A DNA stretch of 27,146 nucleotides from Gemmatimonadota bacterium (GCA_003221005.1 QHTZ01000098.1:1-27146), one strand, 5' to 3'. Counted from the first letter of the stretch, positions 15,819 to 26,274 are shown. Numbers and translations: made by a program. Notes: a model not told the origin generated them from the letters alone.

Positions 15819-18800
15819 GTGCCCCTGTCAGGGTTTCATCCGGTCGTCACGGGGTGGTTCGAGTCGCGGTTCCGCGAGCCGACCGAGCCGCAGCGCCGGG
15901 CGTGGCCCGTCATCCAATCGGGCGATGACGCGCTAATCGCGGCGCCCACGGGCTCAGGGAAGACGTTCGCCGCTTTCCTCGCCGCGATCGATGCCCTGCT
16001 GCGCCAGGGGCTGGACGGCGCCCTGCGCGACGAGATCCAAGTGCTCTACGTCTCGCCGCTCAAAGCCCTCTCGAACGACGTCCAGAAGAACCTCTCCGAG
16101 CCGCTCGCGGAGATCCGTGCCGCGCTTGCGGGGTTGGGTCTTCCCGAGGTGGACATCCGCACCCTCGTCCGCACCGGCGACACGCCGGCGTCCGAGCGCC
16201 AGGCGATGGTGAAGCGCCCGCCCCACATCCTGGTCACCACGCCCGAGTCGCTGTTCCTGATCCTTACGTCCGAGCGCGCGCGCGACATGCTGCGGACCGT
16301 GCGCACGGTAATCGTGGACGAGATCCACGCCGTGGCGCGGGACAAACGCGGCAGTCACCTTGCGCTGTCCCTCGAGCGGCTCGACCATCTCGCGGGCCGG
16401 CGGCTGCAGCGCATCGGCCTGTCCGCTACCCAGAAGCCAATCGAGGACATCGCTGCTTTCCTGATCGGGAACAAGCCACGCGCCGTGCCCGGCGCCCAGC
16501 CGTGCGCGATCCTCGACTCGGGCCACGCTCGGCAGCTCGATCTCGGGATCGAGATCCCGTCCTCGCCGCTCGAGGCGGTGATGGCGGCCGAGGTATGGGA
16601 CGAACTGTACGAACGGCTCGCGCGGCTCATCGCGGAGCATCGCACCACGCTGGTATTCGTCAACACCCGGCGGCTCGCCGAGCGCGTGACGCTGCACCTG
16701 TCCGAGCGCCTGGGCGCGGAGCAGGTGACGTCCCATCACGGCAGCCTCTCGAAGGAGAAGCGGCTCGATGCGGAGACCCGGCTCAAGGATGGGAAGCTGC
16801 GGGCGCTCGTCGCCACGGCGTCGCTCGAGCTGGGGATCGACATCGGGACGGTGGACCTGGTATGCCAGATCGGCTCGACGCGCTCGATCGCGACGTTGTT
16901 GCAGCGGGTGGGCCGCTCCGGCCACCATCTGGCCGCCGTCCCGAAGGGGCGGTTGTTCCCGCTCTCCCGCGACGAGCTGATCGAGTGTGCCGCCCTGGTG
17001 CGGGCGGTGCGCGAGCGGAAGCTCGATCGCCTCATCATCCCCGAGCATCCGCTCGACATTCTGGCGCAGCAGGTGGTCGCGGCGGTCGCGTGCGAGGACT
17101 GGGACGAGGACGCGCTGTACCAGCTGGTACTAGGGGCGTACCCCTACCGCGCGTTGGCGCGCAAGGACTTCGACGCCGTGGTGCAGATGCTCGCCGAAGG
17201 ATTTACGACCCGCCGCGGGCGGCGCGGCGCCTACGTGCACTACGATGGGGTGAACCGGCGGCTGCGCGGCCGCCGCGGGGCGCGGCTCGCGGCGATCACA
17301 TCGGGCGGCGCGATCCCCGACATCGGCGACTACCGCGTGGTGCTCGAGCCCACCGAGACGTTCGTCGGCACGCTCAACGAGGACTTCGCAATCGAGAGCA
17401 TGCCGGGGGACATCTTCCAGCTCGGCAACAGCTCTTACCTGATCCGCAAGATCGAGTCCGGGCAGGTGCGGGTGACGGACGCGCAGGGACAGCCGCCGTC
17501 GATCCCCTTCTGGCTGGGCGAAGCGCCGGCGCGGACGCCGGAGCTGTCGGAAGAGGTGTCGCGGCTGCGGGGTGAGATCGCGGCGCGACTGGAGGATCCC
17601 GCCGGCGCGATCGGCTGGCTCGTGGCCGCAGTCGGTCTCGAGGAGCCTGCCGCGCGCCAGGTGGTCGAGTATCTGGCCGCTGCGCAACAGATCCTGGGGG
17701 TGATTCCCACCCAGGAGACGCTCGTCCTCGAGCGCTTCTTCGACGAGGCGGGCGGGATGCAGCTCGTGCTGCACGCGCCGTTCGGGAGCCGGGTGAACCG
17801 CGCCTGGGGGCTCGCGTTGCGCAAGCGGTTCTGCCGCAGCTTCAACTTCGAGCTCCAGGCCGCCGCCACCGAGGACGCCATCGTCCTCTCGCTCGGCCCA
17901 CAGCACAGCTTCCCCCTGGAGCATGTGTTCCAGTACCTGAAGCCCGCCACCGCCGAGCAGCTGCTGGTACAGGCGATGCTCGATGCGCCGATGTTCGGGA
18001 CGCGGTGGCGCTGGAACGCGACCCGCGCGCTCGCGGTGCTGCGGGCCCGCGCGGGCAAAAAGGTCCCAACCCCGCTGCAGCGGATGGAGGCGGAGGACCT
18101 GGTCGCGGCCGTCTTCCCCGACCAGCTCGCGTGCCCGGAGAATCTCGTGGGGGACCGCGAGATCCCCGACCATCCCCTCGTGCAGCAGACGATCGCGGAC
18201 TGCCTGCTCGAAGCGATGGACTTCCCGAGCCTGCGGCGGATCCTCGAGCAGCTGGAGGCGGGCCAGTTCCGCCTCGTGGCGCGTGACACGCCGGAGCCGT
18301 CGCCGCTCGCGCACGAGGTGCTGAACGCGAAGCCCTATGCCTTCCTCGACGATGCGCCCCTCGAGGAGCGGCGCACCCAGGCCGTGATCACGCGCCGCGG
18401 GCTCGACGTGAAGACGGCGGAGGAGTTCGGTAAGCTCGATCAGGCGGCGATCGATCGGGTGAAAGACGAGGCCTGGCCGGACGTCAGCTCCCCCGACGAG
18501 CTGCACGATGCGCTGTTGATTGTCGGAGCCGTGACTGATGAGGAAGGGGGAACGGGGAAGGGGGACGCGTCATGGCGGGCGCATTTCGATGAGCTGGTGA
18601 AGGCCGGGCGCGCGGGAACGTTGCTGCGCGAGCCGCGCCTCTGGATCGCGGCCGAGCGCGTGCCGCTGTTCGAAGCGGTGTTCCCCGGTGTAGGGTGTGA
18701 ACCCCCACTCACGCCACCTGAGCGCGACCGCGCGAGGGCGTGGACGCGCGAAGAAGCCGTGCGCGAGCTGGTGCGCGGCCGCCTGGAAGCGGTCGGACCG

Positions 18801-20168
18801 ACGACGGTTCAAGAGCTCGCCCGCTCGCTCGGAGTGGACGCTCCCGACGTGGAGTTCGCGCTCGGGGCCCTCGAGCATGAGGGGTTCGTGCTGCGTGGTC
18901 GCTTCACGCCGGGGCAGAGCGAGCTCGAGTGGTGCGAGCGACGCCTGCTGGCTCGCATCCATCGCTACACCCTCGACCGGCTGCGGCAGGAGATCGAGCC
19001 CGTCACCGCCCGTGACTTTATGCGCTTCCTCTTCCGGTGGCAGCGGATCGCGGAGGATACGCGCGGGGAGGGGCCGGAGGGACTGGCCGCAGTGCTCGAG
19101 CTGCTCGACGGCTTCGAAGCCCCCGCGGGCGCGTGGGAGGGGGACGTCCTCCCGGCGCGCCTAGCGGACTACGATCCTCTGTGGCTCGACGGCCTCTGCC
19201 TGTCTGGGGAGATCGCGTGGGGGCGGCTCTCGCCACCGGGCACGGCGAATGGGCACCGCTCCGGTCCCGTCCGCACGACCCCCGTGGCGCTGTTCCGCAG
19301 AGAGCGCGGAGAGGTTTGGCGGTCGCTCACGGCCGAGCCCGATGTGGCGGCGGGTACGCTGTCGCACTCCGGCCGCGCGGTGCTCGACGTGCTCGAGCAG
19401 CGGGGGGCATCGTTCTTTGGCGACCTGGTGAACGCGACGGGGCTGCTGCGCACGGAGGTGGAGAAGGGTCTCGGGGAGCTCGTCGCCTGGGGGCTCGTGA
19501 CGTCGGACAGCTTCGCAGGGTTGCGTGCGCTGCTGGTCCCGTCGGACCGGCGGCGGCCGATCGGGGCGGGCGGCTTCCGTCGCCGCGGCCGGGTCGCGCC
19601 ATTCGGGGTCGAGACAGCAGGTCGCTGGTCGCGGGTACGGCGGGGCTCACCGCTCGGCGCGGAGCAGGTCGCCGAGGCGGTCGCCTGGCAGCTGCTGCGG
19701 CGCTACGGCGGCGTGTTCCGCCGCCTCGTCGCACGCGAGACGCTACTGCCGCCGTGGCGCGACATCCTCCGGGTGTACCGCCGCCTCGAGGCGCGCGGCG
19801 AGGTCCGGGGCGGGCGGTTCGTGGGCGGATTCTCAGGGGAGCAGTATGCGCTCCCCGAGGCAGTGGGCTCGCTGCGCGCGGTACGGCGGGTCGAGCCGCA
19901 GGGCGAGCTCACCGCGGTGAGCGGAGCCGACCCGCTGAACCTCGCTGGGATCGTCACGCCGGGCGACACCGTGGCCGCGCTCGCGACCAACCGGATTCTG
20001 TTTCGTGACGGCATCCCGGTCGCGATCAAGGAAGGGGAGGCCCGAGGCGAGCGGCTCCTCGTGGATGCTACGCCTGAAGAGGCCCAGGCACTGCGGACCA
20101 CGCTGGTACGGCGGCGCCCGGCGCCGCTCGTGCGCGCCTACCTGGGCAAGACACCTGCGGGCCGGTAG
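15819..20168 (+). CDS. lhr: Lhr family large ATP-dependent DNA helicase with C-terminal winged-helix/AlkZ-like region
   Basis: Motifs [65 protein letters not shown] and IPFWLGE, plus C-terminal [20 protein letters not shown] 15819 is chosen because the track start at 15675 overlaps ispH. Confidence 0.93.
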   Translation: MPLSGFHPVVTGWFESRFREPTEPQRRAWPVIQSGDDALIAAPTGSGKTFAAFLAAIDALLRQGLDGALRDEIQVLYVSPLKALSNDVQKNLSEPLAEIRAALAGLGLPEVDIRTLVRTGDTPASERQAMVKRPPHILVTTPESLFLILTSERARDMLRTVRTVIVDEIHAVARDKRGSHLALSLERLDHLAGRRLQRIGLSATQKPIEDIAAFLIGNKPRAVPGAQPCAILDSGHARQLDLGIEIPSSPLEAVMAAEVWDELYERLARLIAEHRTTLVFVNTRRLAERVTLHLSERLGAEQVTSHHGSLSKEKRLDAETRLKDGKLRALVATASLELGIDIGTVDLVCQIGSTRSIATLLQRVGRSGHHLAAVPKGRLFPLSRDELIECAALVRAVRERKLDRLIIPEHPLDILAQQVVAAVACEDWDEDALYQLVLGAYPYRALARKDFDAVVQMLAEGFTTRRGRRGAYVHYDGVNRRLRGRRGARLAAITSGGAIPDIGDYRVVLEPTETFVGTLNEDFAIESMPGDIFQLGNSSYLIRKIESGQVRVTDAQGQPPSIPFWLGEAPARTPELSEEVSRLRGEIAARLEDPAGAIGWLVAAVGLEEPAARQVVEYLAAAQQILGVIPTQETLVLERFFDEAGGMQLVLHAPFGSRVNRAWGLALRKRFCRSFNFELQAAATEDAIVLSLGPQHSFPLEHVFQYLKPATAEQLLVQAMLDAPMFGTRWRWNATRALAVLRARAGKKVPTPLQRMEAEDLVAAVFPDQLACPENLVGDREIPDHPLVQQTIADCLLEAMDFPSLRRILEQLEAGQFRLVARDTPEPSPLAHEVLNAKPYAFLDDAPLEERRTQAVITRRGLDVKTAEEFGKLDQAAIDRVKDEAWPDVSSPDELHDALLIVGAVTDEEGGTGKGDASWRAHFDELVKAGRAGTLLREPRLWIAAERVPLFEAVFPGVGCEPPLTPPERDRARAWTREEAVRELVRGRLEAVGPTTVQELARSLGVDAPDVEFALGALEHEGFVLRGRFTPGQSELEWCERRLLARIHRYTLDRLRQEIEPVTARDFMRFLFRWQRIAEDTRGEGPEGLAAVLELLDGFEAPAGAWEGDVLPARLADYDPLWLDGLCLSGEIAWGRLSPPGTANGHRSGPVRTTPVALFRRERGEVWRSLTAEPDVAAGTLSHSGRAVLDVLEQRGASFFGDLVNATGLLRTEVEKGLGELVAWGLVTSDSFAGLRALLVPSDRRRPIGAGGFRRRGRVAPFGVETAGRWSRVRRGSPLGAEQVAEAVAWQLLRRYGGVFRRLVARETLLPPWRDILRVYRRLEARGEVRGGRFVGGFSGEQYALPEAVGSLRAVRRVEPQGELTAVSGADPLNLAGIVTPGDTVAALATNRILFRDGIPVAIKEGEARGERLLVDATPEEAQALRTTLVRRRPAPLVRAYLGKTPAGR
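18540..18567 (+). repeat. Four degenerate 7-mers read in frame inside lhr
   Basis: GAGGAAG GGGGAAC GGGGAAG GGGGACG, encoding the linker EEGGTGKGD. Confidence 0.5.
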
Positions 20169-20174
20169 CCGCCG

Positions 20175-20723
<549 letters not shown>

Positions 20724-20759
20724 CTGCATTCTCCTTATGTCGTTGATCGCCGACGCAAC

Positions 20760-20785
20760 AATGCCGAAGAGCGCGCCAGAGTTCC
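20760..20785 (-). promoter_or_regulatory. Candidate stress ECF sigma promoter for msrA
   Basis: GGAAC-N17-CATT on the minus strand, about 37 nt upstream of the start codon. Confidence 0.4.
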
Positions 20786-20852
20786 CGCGTCCGGCCCCCG
20801 CCCCGAGAAGGTGGCGCTGGGGCGGCCGCACGTGAAGGGGTAGCTTCTCCGC

Positions 20853-21749
20853 ATGCCCGAGCTTCCCGACATCGTGGTGTACCTGGACGCGCTGCGACCG
20901 CGAGTTCTGGGACAGACGCTCGAGGCGGTGCGCATCGGCTCGCCGTTCGTGGTCCGGAGCGTGGACCCGCCGATACAGGCAGCGGGGGGCCGCGGCGTCA
21001 CCGGGCTCAGCCGGCTCGGCAAGCGGATCGTGATCGCGCTTGAATCCGATCTGCGCCTGGTGATCCATCTAATGATCGCGGGCCGGCTGCGGTGGAAACG
21101 CCGCGGTGCCGTGATTCCCGGCCGGATCGGACTCGCGGCGTTCGACTTCCCCGACGGCACTTTGCTGCTCACGGAGGCGGGCACGCGCCGCCGCGCTGCG
21201 CTGCACCTCGTCCGGGGCGACGCCGGTGTAGCCACGCTCGGTCGGGGCGGGCTCGAAGTCCTGGAGGCAGCGCCGGAGGCGTTTCGGGCGGCGCTGCGGC
21301 GGGAGAATCACACGATCAAGCGCGCGCTCACCGACCCGCACATCCTCTCCGGGATCGGCAACGCCTATTCCGACGAGATCCTCCACGCCGCGAAGCTGTC
21401 ACCGTTCGCCCTCACCTCATCGCTCTCTGACGTCGAGCTCGATCGGCTGTACGCTGCGACCCGCGCTACGCTGAGCGCCTGGGTCGAGCGGCTGCGGGCG
21501 GAAGTGGGCGACGGCTTCCCGGATAAGGTGACCGCCTTTCGCGACGGGATGGCCGTGCACGGCCGCTACCGCCAGCCCTGCCCCGTGTGCGGCTCGCCGG
21601 TGCAGCGGGTGCGGTACGCGCAGAACGAGATGAACTACTGCGCGACGTGCCAGACCGGGGGCCGGGTGCTCGCGGACCGCGCGCTGTCGCGGCTGCTCAA
21701 GGACGACTGGCCGCGCTCGCTCGACGAGTGGGAGGAGCGGATGGGTTAG
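20853..21749 (+). CDS. mutM: Fpg/Nei family DNA glycosylase/AP lyase
   Basis: N-terminal PELPD, RLGK, HLMIAG, H2TH motif GIGNAYSDEIL and zinc finger CPVC...CATCQ. It may be a second Fpg-like paralogue rather than canonical MutM. Confidence 0.88.
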   Translation: MPELPDIVVYLDALRPRVLGQTLEAVRIGSPFVVRSVDPPIQAAGGRGVTGLSRLGKRIVIALESDLRLVIHLMIAGRLRWKRRGAVIPGRIGLAAFDFPDGTLLLTEAGTRRRAALHLVRGDAGVATLGRGGLEVLEAAPEAFRAALRRENHTIKRALTDPHILSGIGNAYSDEILHAAKLSPFALTSSLSDVELDRLYAATRATLSAWVERLRAEVGDGFPDKVTAFRDGMAVHGRYRQPCPVCGSPVQRVRYAQNEMNYCATCQTGGRVLADRALSRLLKDDWPRSLDEWEERMG

Positions 21750-22705
21750 TGCGCCGCCAGGTAGCGGAGCACCGTGGCGTTGAAGTACCCGGGGCTGGTT
21801 GCGTGAATGGCGTGCCCCGCGTCGGGTACGGTGACCACGGTGTCGCTAATCAGGCAGCGCGCCAGCTCTGCGGTAATCACGTGATACATGCGCGGGCTCC
21901 GCTCGCCCTGGAGCAGCAGCACCGGCATCGCCAGCCGGCTGAGCCCGGCGCAGTCGAGGGCAGGCAGGTACTGCTGACGGTCGGCCAGCAGCTCGCGCCG
22001 CAGCTCGAACGAGTGTGCCAGGATGCGGGCGCGGACCGGCGCGGGGAGGTTGTTGAAGCGGCCTGGCGTGCCGCTCAAGCCGTCTACGAACAGGCGGACA
22101 CCCGTGACCGAGTCCCGCCGCTCGAACGCCGCGCGGGCCGGGTCCAGGGAGCCGGCGAGCAGGGCGCGACGGAGCGTGTCACCCCCCGGCGATCGTAGCA
22201 GAAACGGGATGATCGGCGGCTCGCCCAGCACGAGCGTCCGCACCAGGTCGGGATGCTCGAGCGCCAGGGCGAGCGCGACGTAGGCCCCGTAGCCCCCACC
22301 CACGACATGCGCGGGAGCGAGGCCCAGCGCGACGAGTAGCGCGGCGAGGTCCTCTGCGTGGAGCTCGGGGGAGTACACCTGCCCGTCATCCTGCGGAGGG
22401 TTGGGCGGGTGGTAGCGGCGGCTGTACACGAGCACCCGGTGCGTCGCGCCGAACGCCCCGAGCTGGGCGCCCCAGTCGTCGAGATCCCCGTAACTGTCGT
22501 GCACTAGGACCACGGGGGTGCCGGCCGATCCGATCGTCCGGAAGGACAGCAGCGTGTGATTCACCTGCATGGAGAGCAGGCGACTGGCGACGACGGGAGC
22601 GCGAGCGGCCCCGGCAGGCGGGGGCGGTGGGGCACCCGACCGATGGCAGGCGGCGAGGCAGGAAAGGATGGCCAGCCTCAGGACAGGCACGCGAGCGGGC
22701 GGCAT
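21746..22705 (-). CDS. Alpha/beta-hydrolase-fold lipoprotein lacking the nucleophilic serine
   Basis: Lipobox LAA-C. Fold motifs PVVLVH, YSRRYH, HAEDLAAL, VGGGYGA, PVLLLQGE and AGH. Confidence 0.85.
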   Translation of the reverse strand: MPPARVPVLRLAILSCLAACHRSGAPPPPPAGAARAPVVASRLLSMQVNHTLLSFRTIGSAGTPVVLVHDSYGDLDDWGAQLGAFGATHRVLVYSRRYHPPNPPQDDGQVYSPELHAEDLAALLVALGLAPAHVVGGGYGAYVALALALEHPDLVRTLVLGEPPIIPFLLRSPGGDTLRRALLAGSLDPARAAFERRDSVTGVRLFVDGLSGTPGRFNNLPAPVRARILAHSFELRRELLADRQQYLPALDCAGLSRLAMPVLLLQGERSPRMYHVITAELARCLISDTVVTVPDAGHAIHATSPGYFNATVLRYLAAH

Positions 22706-22723
22706 GGCGATAAGATAGTAGGA

Positions 22724-22987
22724 CTACCCCCAGTCCTTCGAGTCGGGCGCGACGCGGCGCATCGTTTTTAGAAACGAATAGGGCCGGGATGCGGGATGGG
22801 AGATGGGGGATGAGTGGTCATCGGTCGCATCCCGCACCTCGCTTCCCGCATCCCGCATCCCGTGAAGTCTCAGCCCCCTCGCCTCCTCCGCGATCACGTT
22901 CACGGTTCCGTCGTCCTTCGTGAGCTTCCCGCTCACCCACAGGAACGGCTCCCCCCGGATCGCCACGCGGTGACGCTCGTAGACATC
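22724..22987 (-). pseudogene. dnaE2: Out-of-frame true C-terminus of dnaE2 (second half of the OB fold and terminal motif)
   Basis: Reads DVYERHRVAIRGEPFLWVSGKLTKDDGTVNVIAEE...RRVAPDSKDWG in a different frame from the main ORF. Confidence 0.8.
22785..22862. repeat. Inverted 7-mer tandem-repeat element (CGGGATG x4 / CATCCCG x5), 78 bp
   Basis: CGGGATG CGGGATG GGAGATG GGGGATG, a 15-nt spacer, then CATCCCG CACCTCG CTTCCCG CATCCCG CATCCCG. Confidence 0.85.
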
Positions 22988-25952
22988 CGAGGCCGGTGAC
23001 GGCGATGCGCGCCCCGTGCTCGAGCCCCGGGAGGCCGTCGCTCCGGGTCACGCCGGGGGGCAAGGCGTCATGTAGCAGCGCGAGCGGGTGGCCGCTCGCG
23101 GCGAAGCCCAGGACCTCGTACTCGGCGAGCATCCGCTCATCGGCCTCCATGCCGCCGAAGCGCAACCCCTCGTGCGGGTTGTTGAGCGGCAGCTCGATCT
23201 GGCGCCGCCCGCGCGCGTCAGCGCCGCGCTCGGCTTTGGGCGGCAGCCACAGCCCCACCTGCCACAACAGCTCACGCCGGGTGAGCCCGAAGTCGTCGCA
23301 CCCGCCCACCCACACGAGGTTCTCGATCCCGGTGCGCTTGAGCTTTGGAGGCGCGCGGCGCACGAAGTCGCCGAGGCTCCGGAAGGCCCCGCGCCGCTCG
23401 CGCTCGAGAACGACAGCCGTCGCGGTTTCCTCGCTCCAATCGCGAATGAATCCGAGCCCCACCCGCACCGCTTCCCGTTCGACCGTGCACCAGACGTCGC
23501 TCGCGTTCACGTCGGGGAGGCCGATCTCGATGCCGTTGCGCTTGGCGTCCCGTCCGAGGGCGTCGAGCGAGTAGAACCCCATCGGCTGGTTGTTGAAGAG
23601 GCCCGTGTAATACTCCGCGGGGTGATAGTGGCGCAGCCACGCCGACTGATACGCGAGCAGCCCGAACGCCGCCGCGTGCGACTTGGGGAAGCCGAACTCG
23701 GAGAAGGCGATCACCTGGGAGAAGACGCGCTCGGCAGTTGCCTCGGAGACCCCACGCGCGGCGGCGCCATCCTTGAAATCCACCCAAAAACTCGCCATCA
23801 GCTCGCGGCTGCGTCGCCGGCTCATGGCGCGCCGCAGCGCTTCGGCCTGTCCGGGCGTGAACCCGGCGAGCGCCTGGCACACCTGGAGCACTTGGTCCTG
23901 GTACAGGATGACGCCGAGCGTTTCCGTGAGGACATCCTTCAGGAGCGGGTGATCCACCGGGGGCTCGTAACTGCGGCCCGCCGCGGCGGCACGGCGCTGC
24001 TCCTCCCGGCGCCGCACGTAGGGGTTCACGGCGCCGCCCACGATCGGGCCGGGGCGCACGATTGCGACCTCGACCGCGAGATCCTCGAGGCTGCGCGGCC
24101 GGGTGCGACGGAGCATCTGGATCTGCGCGCGGCTCTCGATCTGGAACAGCCCCACGGTGTCGCCGCGGCAGATGCGGTCGTAGACCGCGGGATCGTCGAA
24201 ATCGATGCGCGAGAGATCAGGCGGCCGCCCCTGCCGCGCGGCCACGAGCTCCACGCACTCCTCCACCAGCGACAGCATTCCGAGCGCCAGGAAGTCGATC
24301 TTGATGAAGCGGGCGTCGTCGCAGGAATCCTTGTCCCACTGACACACGACCCGGTCCTCCATGGCGGCGCGCTCGAGCGGGACGAGCTCGACGAGCGGCC
24401 GGCTCGAGATCACCATCCCGCCGACGTGCTGCGAGACGTGGCGCGGCAGCCCAGCGATTTCTTCAGCGAGCTCGCACAGCTCCTTCCAGAGCGGGGCATT
24501 CTTGCGTCCCTCGAATCCGGGCAGCTGGTCGAGCTCATCCGCCAATCCGCCTGACCGCCGATCCGCCAATTTCGCGACCTGCTCGATCTGGCCCGCCGGC
24601 AGATCCAGCGCTTTGCCGATCTCTCGGACCGCGGAGCGGAGGCGGTAGGTGGGGAAGGAGCAGACGAGGCCGACGTGCTCGGCGCCGTAACGCTGGTACA
24701 CGCGCCGGATCAGCTCCTCGCGGATCTCCCGCGGGAAGTCGAGGTCGATGTCCGGCACCGACGCGAGCGTCTCGTTCAAGAACCGCCCGAAGAATAGGTG
24801 TGTGGCGGCGGGATCGACGTGTGAGAGGCCCAGCAGATAGCAGACGACTGAGGAGACCGACGAGCCGCGCCCGCGTCCGGGCAGCAGCCCGGCGGCAGCG
24901 CGGCGGGATCCACGGCGCACGTCGGCTGCTACCTCGCGCGCCAGGTCGAACAGGTCGTGGTAGACGAGAAAGAAGCCGGCGAGCCCGTGGTGCTCGATCA
25001 ACCGCAGCTCTTCGGCGAGCCGCCGTTCGGCTTCGGCGCGGTGCGTCGAGCCCTCGGGATAGCGCTCCTCGAGTCGCGCCCGACACAGCTCGGCGAGCGC
25101 GCGGGGCGCGCCCTGCTCGCCCGAGCCACGGAAATCCGGGAAGCGGTAGCCCAGGTCCCGCGTGAGATCGAAGGCGGCGCAGCGTTCGGCGAGCAGCAGA
25201 GTATTGGCGACAGCATCAGGACAGTCACAGAACATCATGGCGACATCCTGCGGTCGCCGTAGCGCGAATTCGCTGTTGGGGCGGCGCACTGAGTGCGAGC
25301 CGTCGAGCGTGGTGCGATGCCGGATCGCGACGAGCACGTCGTGCAGGCGGTGCCGCTCGCGGTGGTGATAATGCACGTTGCCTGACGCCACGACGCCAAG
25401 TTGCACGACACTCGCGATGTCGATCAGTGCCCGGGTCAGGGAGAGATCGCCCCGGACGAGGTTTCGTTGTAGCTCGACGTAGAAGCGCTCCGGCCCGAAG
25501 CAGGCGCGGCACCGCTCGGCGAGCCGCCGGGCAGCAAGCGGACCGTCGCGCTGCAGCGCGCGTGGCAACAAGCCGCTCCGGCAGCCGGAGAGGACGATGA
25601 GCCCGTCGCGCCGCGCCACGAGCGACGCGAAGTCGAGCCGGGGATCACGGCGGTCGGGCCCGCCGAGGTGCGCTTCGGTGAGCAGCCGGCAGAGGTTCGC
25701 GTAGCCGCGCGGCGTCTCGGCGAGCAGCGTGACGTGCGAGCCGTCGAGCAGCGTCACCTCGGCGCCGGTGATCGCCTGGAGACCGAGCTGCTTCGCTTCC
25801 TGGGCGAACGCCATCGAGCCGTAGAGGCCGTTGTGGTCGGTGAGCGCCAGCGCAGAGTAGCCGAGGTTCACGGCGGTGAGCGCGAGCTGCTCGGGAAGCG
25901 AAGCGCCGTCGAGAAATGAATAGGCCGAGTGGCAATGAAGTTCGACGTACAT
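22818..25952 (-). CDS. dnaE2: Error-prone DNA polymerase DnaE2 (ImuC), frameshifted near the 3' end; the intact gene would end at 22724
   Basis: PHP domain YVELHCHSAYSFLDGAS and TDH; GRGRGSS; catalytic PDIDLDF and KIDFLAL; PRHVSQHVGG, QWDKD, FPKSHA and NNQPMGFY. Family similarity stops after AVTGL at about 22990. Confidence 0.93.
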   Translation of the reverse strand: MYVELHCHSAYSFLDGASLPEQLALTAVNLGYSALALTDHNGLYGSMAFAQEAKQLGLQAITGAEVTLLDGSHVTLLAETPRGYANLCRLLTEAHLGGPDRRDPRLDFASLVARRDGLIVLSGCRSGLLPRALQRDGPLAARRLAERCRACFGPERFYVELQRNLVRGDLSLTRALIDIASVVQLGVVASGNVHYHHRERHRLHDVLVAIRHRTTLDGSHSVRRPNSEFALRRPQDVAMMFCDCPDAVANTLLLAERCAAFDLTRDLGYRFPDFRGSGEQGAPRALAELCRARLEERYPEGSTHRAEAERRLAEELRLIEHHGLAGFFLVYHDLFDLAREVAADVRRGSRRAAAGLLPGRGRGSSVSSVVCYLLGLSHVDPAATHLFFGRFLNETLASVPDIDLDFPREIREELIRRVYQRYGAEHVGLVCSFPTYRLRSAVREIGKALDLPAGQIEQVAKLADRRSGGLADELDQLPGFEGRKNAPLWKELCELAEEIAGLPRHVSQHVGGMVISSRPLVELVPLERAAMEDRVVCQWDKDSCDDARFIKIDFLALGMLSLVEECVELVAARQGRPPDLSRIDFDDPAVYDRICRGDTVGLFQIESRAQIQMLRRTRPRSLEDLAVEVAIVRPGPIVGGAVNPYVRRREEQRRAAAAGRSYEPPVDHPLLKDVLTETLGVILYQDQVLQVCQALAGFTPGQAEALRRAMSRRRSRELMASFWVDFKDGAAARGVSEATAERVFSQVIAFSEFGFPKSHAAAFGLLAYQSAWLRHYHPAEYYTGLFNNQPMGFYSLDALGRDAKRNGIEIGLPDVNASDVWCTVEREAVRVGLGFIRDWSEETATAVVLERERRGAFRSLGDFVRRAPPKLKRTGIENLVWVGGCDDFGLTRRELLWQVGLWLPPKAERGADARGRRQIELPLNNPHEGLRFGGMEADERMLAEYEVLGFAASGHPLALLHDALPPGVTRSDGLPGLEHGARIAVTGLGCLRASPRGDPGGAVPVGEREAHEGRRNRERDRGGGEGAETSRDAGCGKRGAGCDR

Positions 25953-25980
25953 AGGAAAAATGTGCGTGGTGCGTAGTTGC

Positions 25981-26274
25981 TTACGGTTTCTGCTCGAACC
26001 ACTCTCCCATCATCAAGTCTTCGAACACCACAGCCCGCTTCCCGCCATCGAGCACGACTTCGTAACAGCGACGTGAGATCGGCTGCCGCCACCACTCGTC
26101 GTCAATTCGCCAGACTTCGAGGACGGTCTCGACCGCTGCCTCTGACTCTTGACCGCCTGATCGCCTGACCGCCGCAGGTCGACCCTCCGCATCGAGTTCA
26201 ACCTGCACCGATTCCGGAACGTTCAGGGCTCGAAGTCGATCAGTGCGTAGCGACGCTCGGGAATGCGCGACCAT
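25981..26274 (-). CDS. Small conserved mutagenesis-cassette protein (DUF6504-like), 97 aa
   Basis: ATG 26274 gives MVAHSRASLRTDRLRALNVPESVQV...VETVLEVWRIDDEWWRQPISRRCYEVVL...FEDLMMGEWFEQKP. The WRIDDEWW pattern and the position between imuB and dnaE2 fit this family. It is the 3' part of track ORF 25981..27015. Confidence 0.85.
   Translation of the reverse strand: MVAHSRASLRTDRLRALNVPESVQVELDAEGRPAAVRRSGGQESEAAVETVLEVWRIDDEWWRQPISRRCYEVVLDGGKRAVVFEDLMMGEWFEQKP
26142..26172. repeat. Degenerate 8-mer tandem repeat (CTGACCGC) read in frame in the small cassette gene
   Basis: CTGACTC TTGACCGC CTGATCGC CTGACCGC, encoding AVRRSGGQES on the minus strand. Confidence 0.6.

Noticed and set aside
20724-21068. 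Long N-terminal extension of MsrA suggesting a fusion
   Set aside because: It overlaps the Fpg gene on the other strand, and a Shine-Dalgarno sits right before the MsrA core.
22980-23000. Programmed ribosomal frameshift in dnaE2
   Set aside because: There is no slippery sequence, and about 30 conserved residues are physically absent.
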